From a virus (taxonomy: Duplodnaviria; Caudoviricetes), in the IMG/VR virus record IMGVR_UViG_3300025120_000073, positions 1 to 53,167 of that record: a DNA stretch of 53,167 bases; one strand, 5' to 3'. Positions 51,739 to 53,167 of this stretch are shown in pieces (within the stretch, counting starts at the first letter, position 1; the number at the start of each line of letters is the position of its first letter). The notes below the pieces were generated by a model. That model was not told the origin of the DNA. It ran no database searches and saw nothing but the letters and a program-made list of their open reading frames with translations. A program made the translations under genes and the position numbers.

Positions 51739-52743
51739 CTAAGCTGCTTCATTTTCTATATCTAAATCTGACCATACTGGTGGGCCAGCTTCATCGACTT
51801 CTAAATTTATGTCAGTGTACACATTATCTGTTGGAACGTCTATAACGAAGGGTGAATACGGATTTGAATTAACTTCTTGTAATGGATCTACCTCATTAAA
51901 CATTTTTACTTGACCAACAGCAGTCCCAGTAGAAATCCCCGTTACAAAGATCCCTGCTTTAGCTGATATTGCCACACTCCCGACAAGCCCAGAAGAACTT
52001 TCCGCTGTTGTCGGAAATGATATGTACGGTGTAACTGAACTTGTAGATATAGTTGCGGATATACCAGTTACCGATGTGTTTGCTGCAGCAACAGTCGTTA
52101 CAGATCCGACTAAACTAGAACCTGCAAGCCCTGTTGATGGTATATCGGCTGTACCTATTGTCGTTACAGCCCCTGCAGATCCATTTACTGATGGACTTGT
52201 AATAGCTACATTAGCAAGACTAGAAACGCTAACTCCACTAATTGCAGTACTAGAGGTCACTCCTGTTACTGAGACTGACGCATCTATAGAAATATTTGCA
52301 GAACCAACAGAACCTGTAGCTGTCAATCCACTTACTGATGTATTTGCTACACCGCTTATGGTAGCGCTGCCAACTCCAGTAGATGCTTGAAGACCAGTCT
52401 CAACTACATCTGCCGCCCCGTCTACGGTCACACCATTTGAGCTAACTGATACCTGAAGACCAGACACATCTACAGATTTTGGTATGCTTACTACTAATGC
52501 ACCTGTAGATGCGGTTATTTCAACACCAGTGGCATCGATGTTACCAACACCTATAACAGTGAGGCTTCCAACACCGCCTGAAGAGCCAAGACCTGTCTGC
52601 GGTGTATCTACAGCACCTGTTACCGCAGAAGTTCCTATAGATGTTGTTGCACTTAACCCAGTAACGGAGACAGTAATCGGAACGATTACCCCTGACTGAT
52701 CATCAGCTACTGCAGCCGATGCTACTGGATAAAAGCCAAACAT
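51739..52743 (-). CDS. repetitive virion structural protein
   Basis: MFGF N-terminus; about a dozen ~20-aa VxVTGxxxxxxVGxV repeats. Confidence 0.7.
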   Translation of the reverse strand: MFGFYPVASAAVADDQSGVIVPITVSVTGLSATTSIGTSAVTGAVDTPQTGLGSSGGVGSLTVIGVGNIDATGVEITASTGALVVSIPKSVDVSGLQVSVSSNGVTVDGAADVVETGLQASTGVGSATISGVANTSVSGLTATGSVGSANISIDASVSVTGVTSSTAISGVSVSSLANVAITSPSVNGSAGAVTTIGTADIPSTGLAGSSLVGSVTTVAAANTSVTGISATISTSSVTPYISFPTTAESSSGLVGSVAISAKAGIFVTGISTGTAVGQVKMFNEVDPLQEVNSNPYSPFVIDVPTDNVYTDINLEVDEAGPPVWSDLDIENEAA

Positions 52744-52754
52744 CTAGGTGTTTC

Positions 52755-53069
52755 CTATGAGTCTCTTGCGGCTATCCAAGCAGCGACTTCTGCCTTAACT
52801 TCATCAGTAGTCATCTCTTCTTCATCTTCGCCGGGTTCTGCACCCGGTTTCGTAAAAGCGTTAGCGCTGTGCATCCCTAAAACTCTAGTTTCTAGCTGTG
52901 CTGCGGTAAGCTCTGTCACCGTATCTGGGATATAGTATTCTCTATCAGCTTCGTCTGGTGACCAACCAATTAAAGTGTGATCTGACTTAGCGTAGTACCC
53001 ACCATCATCGATCCACTCAGGGTTTTTCATACCCCCTGCGGTCATATGCATTTTGTATTCAAGTATCAT
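52755..53069 (-). CDS. hypothetical protein (tail region)
   Basis: 104 aa, GGAGG RBS. Confidence 0.75.
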   Translation of the reverse strand: MILEYKMHMTAGGMKNPEWIDDGGYYAKSDHTLIGWSPDEADREYYIPDTVTELTAAQLETRVLGMHSANAFTKPGAEPGEDEEEMTTDEVKAEVAAWIAARDS

Positions 53070-53166
53070 CTTTTTCCTCCGATTTTTCTACTCTTAACAT
53101 ATATTCAGGATTCAGAAAATCTGATTTACCAAATATTCTTTCAGCAGTCTTATCTGCATTCTTATA
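53059..53166 (-). CDS. C-terminal fragment of a gene entering from the right edge
   Basis: ...YKNADKTAERIFGKSDFLNPEYMLRVEKSEEKDDT*; overlaps the next start. Confidence 0.6.
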   Translation of the reverse strand, partial: YKNADKTAERIFGKSDFLNPEYMLRVEKSEEKDDT

Positions 53167-53167
53167 A

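Noticed and set aside
1-53167. tRNA/rRNA genes, alternative genetic code, terminal redundancy
   Set aside because: No cloverleaf with a T-loop consensus seen by eye (tRNAscan not run); standard-code ORFs tile the sequence densely; the two ends do not overlap and both cut genes.

Overview
The whole window looks like most of a tailed dsDNA phage genome: podovirus-like (P22-type portal and nozzle, ejection proteins), probably marine, with an alphaproteobacterial host inferred only weakly. A minus-strand morphogenesis arm at 15030->1 carries terS, terL, portal, GroES, scaffold, a Mu-gpT-like major capsid, a cluster of small basic proteins and head-tail adaptors. A second minus-strand arm at 53167->29553 carries tail fibre/adhesin, nozzle, lysis and ejection genes, including a 2915-aa polyvalent protein. 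Between them lie an early region (AAA+/VWA pair, small genes) and a replication/recombination region (Twinkle-like primase-helicase, RusA-like resolvase, PD-(D/E)XK exonuclease, ERF, AlpA-like protein). I saw no DNA polymerase, integrase, tRNA or CRISPR array. Most striking unexplained signals: (1) the palindrome GTTCAATTGAAC in 14 exact copies plus near copies, spread every 2-9 kb and written into proteins as SSIE; (2) a chain of five back-to-back minigenes at 22921-22999 whose ribosome-binding region is complementary to a convergent ~90-nt sRNA; (3) two inverted copies of an AT-rich (TC)n/(GA)n cruciform element; (4) FtsK-gamma-like, HhH-glycosylase-like and ParB-like segments in the giant ejected protein; (5) duplicated adhesin+partner cassettes; (6) several predicted RBS-sequestering pseudoknots. 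All family names come from motif recognition by eye, not database searches.
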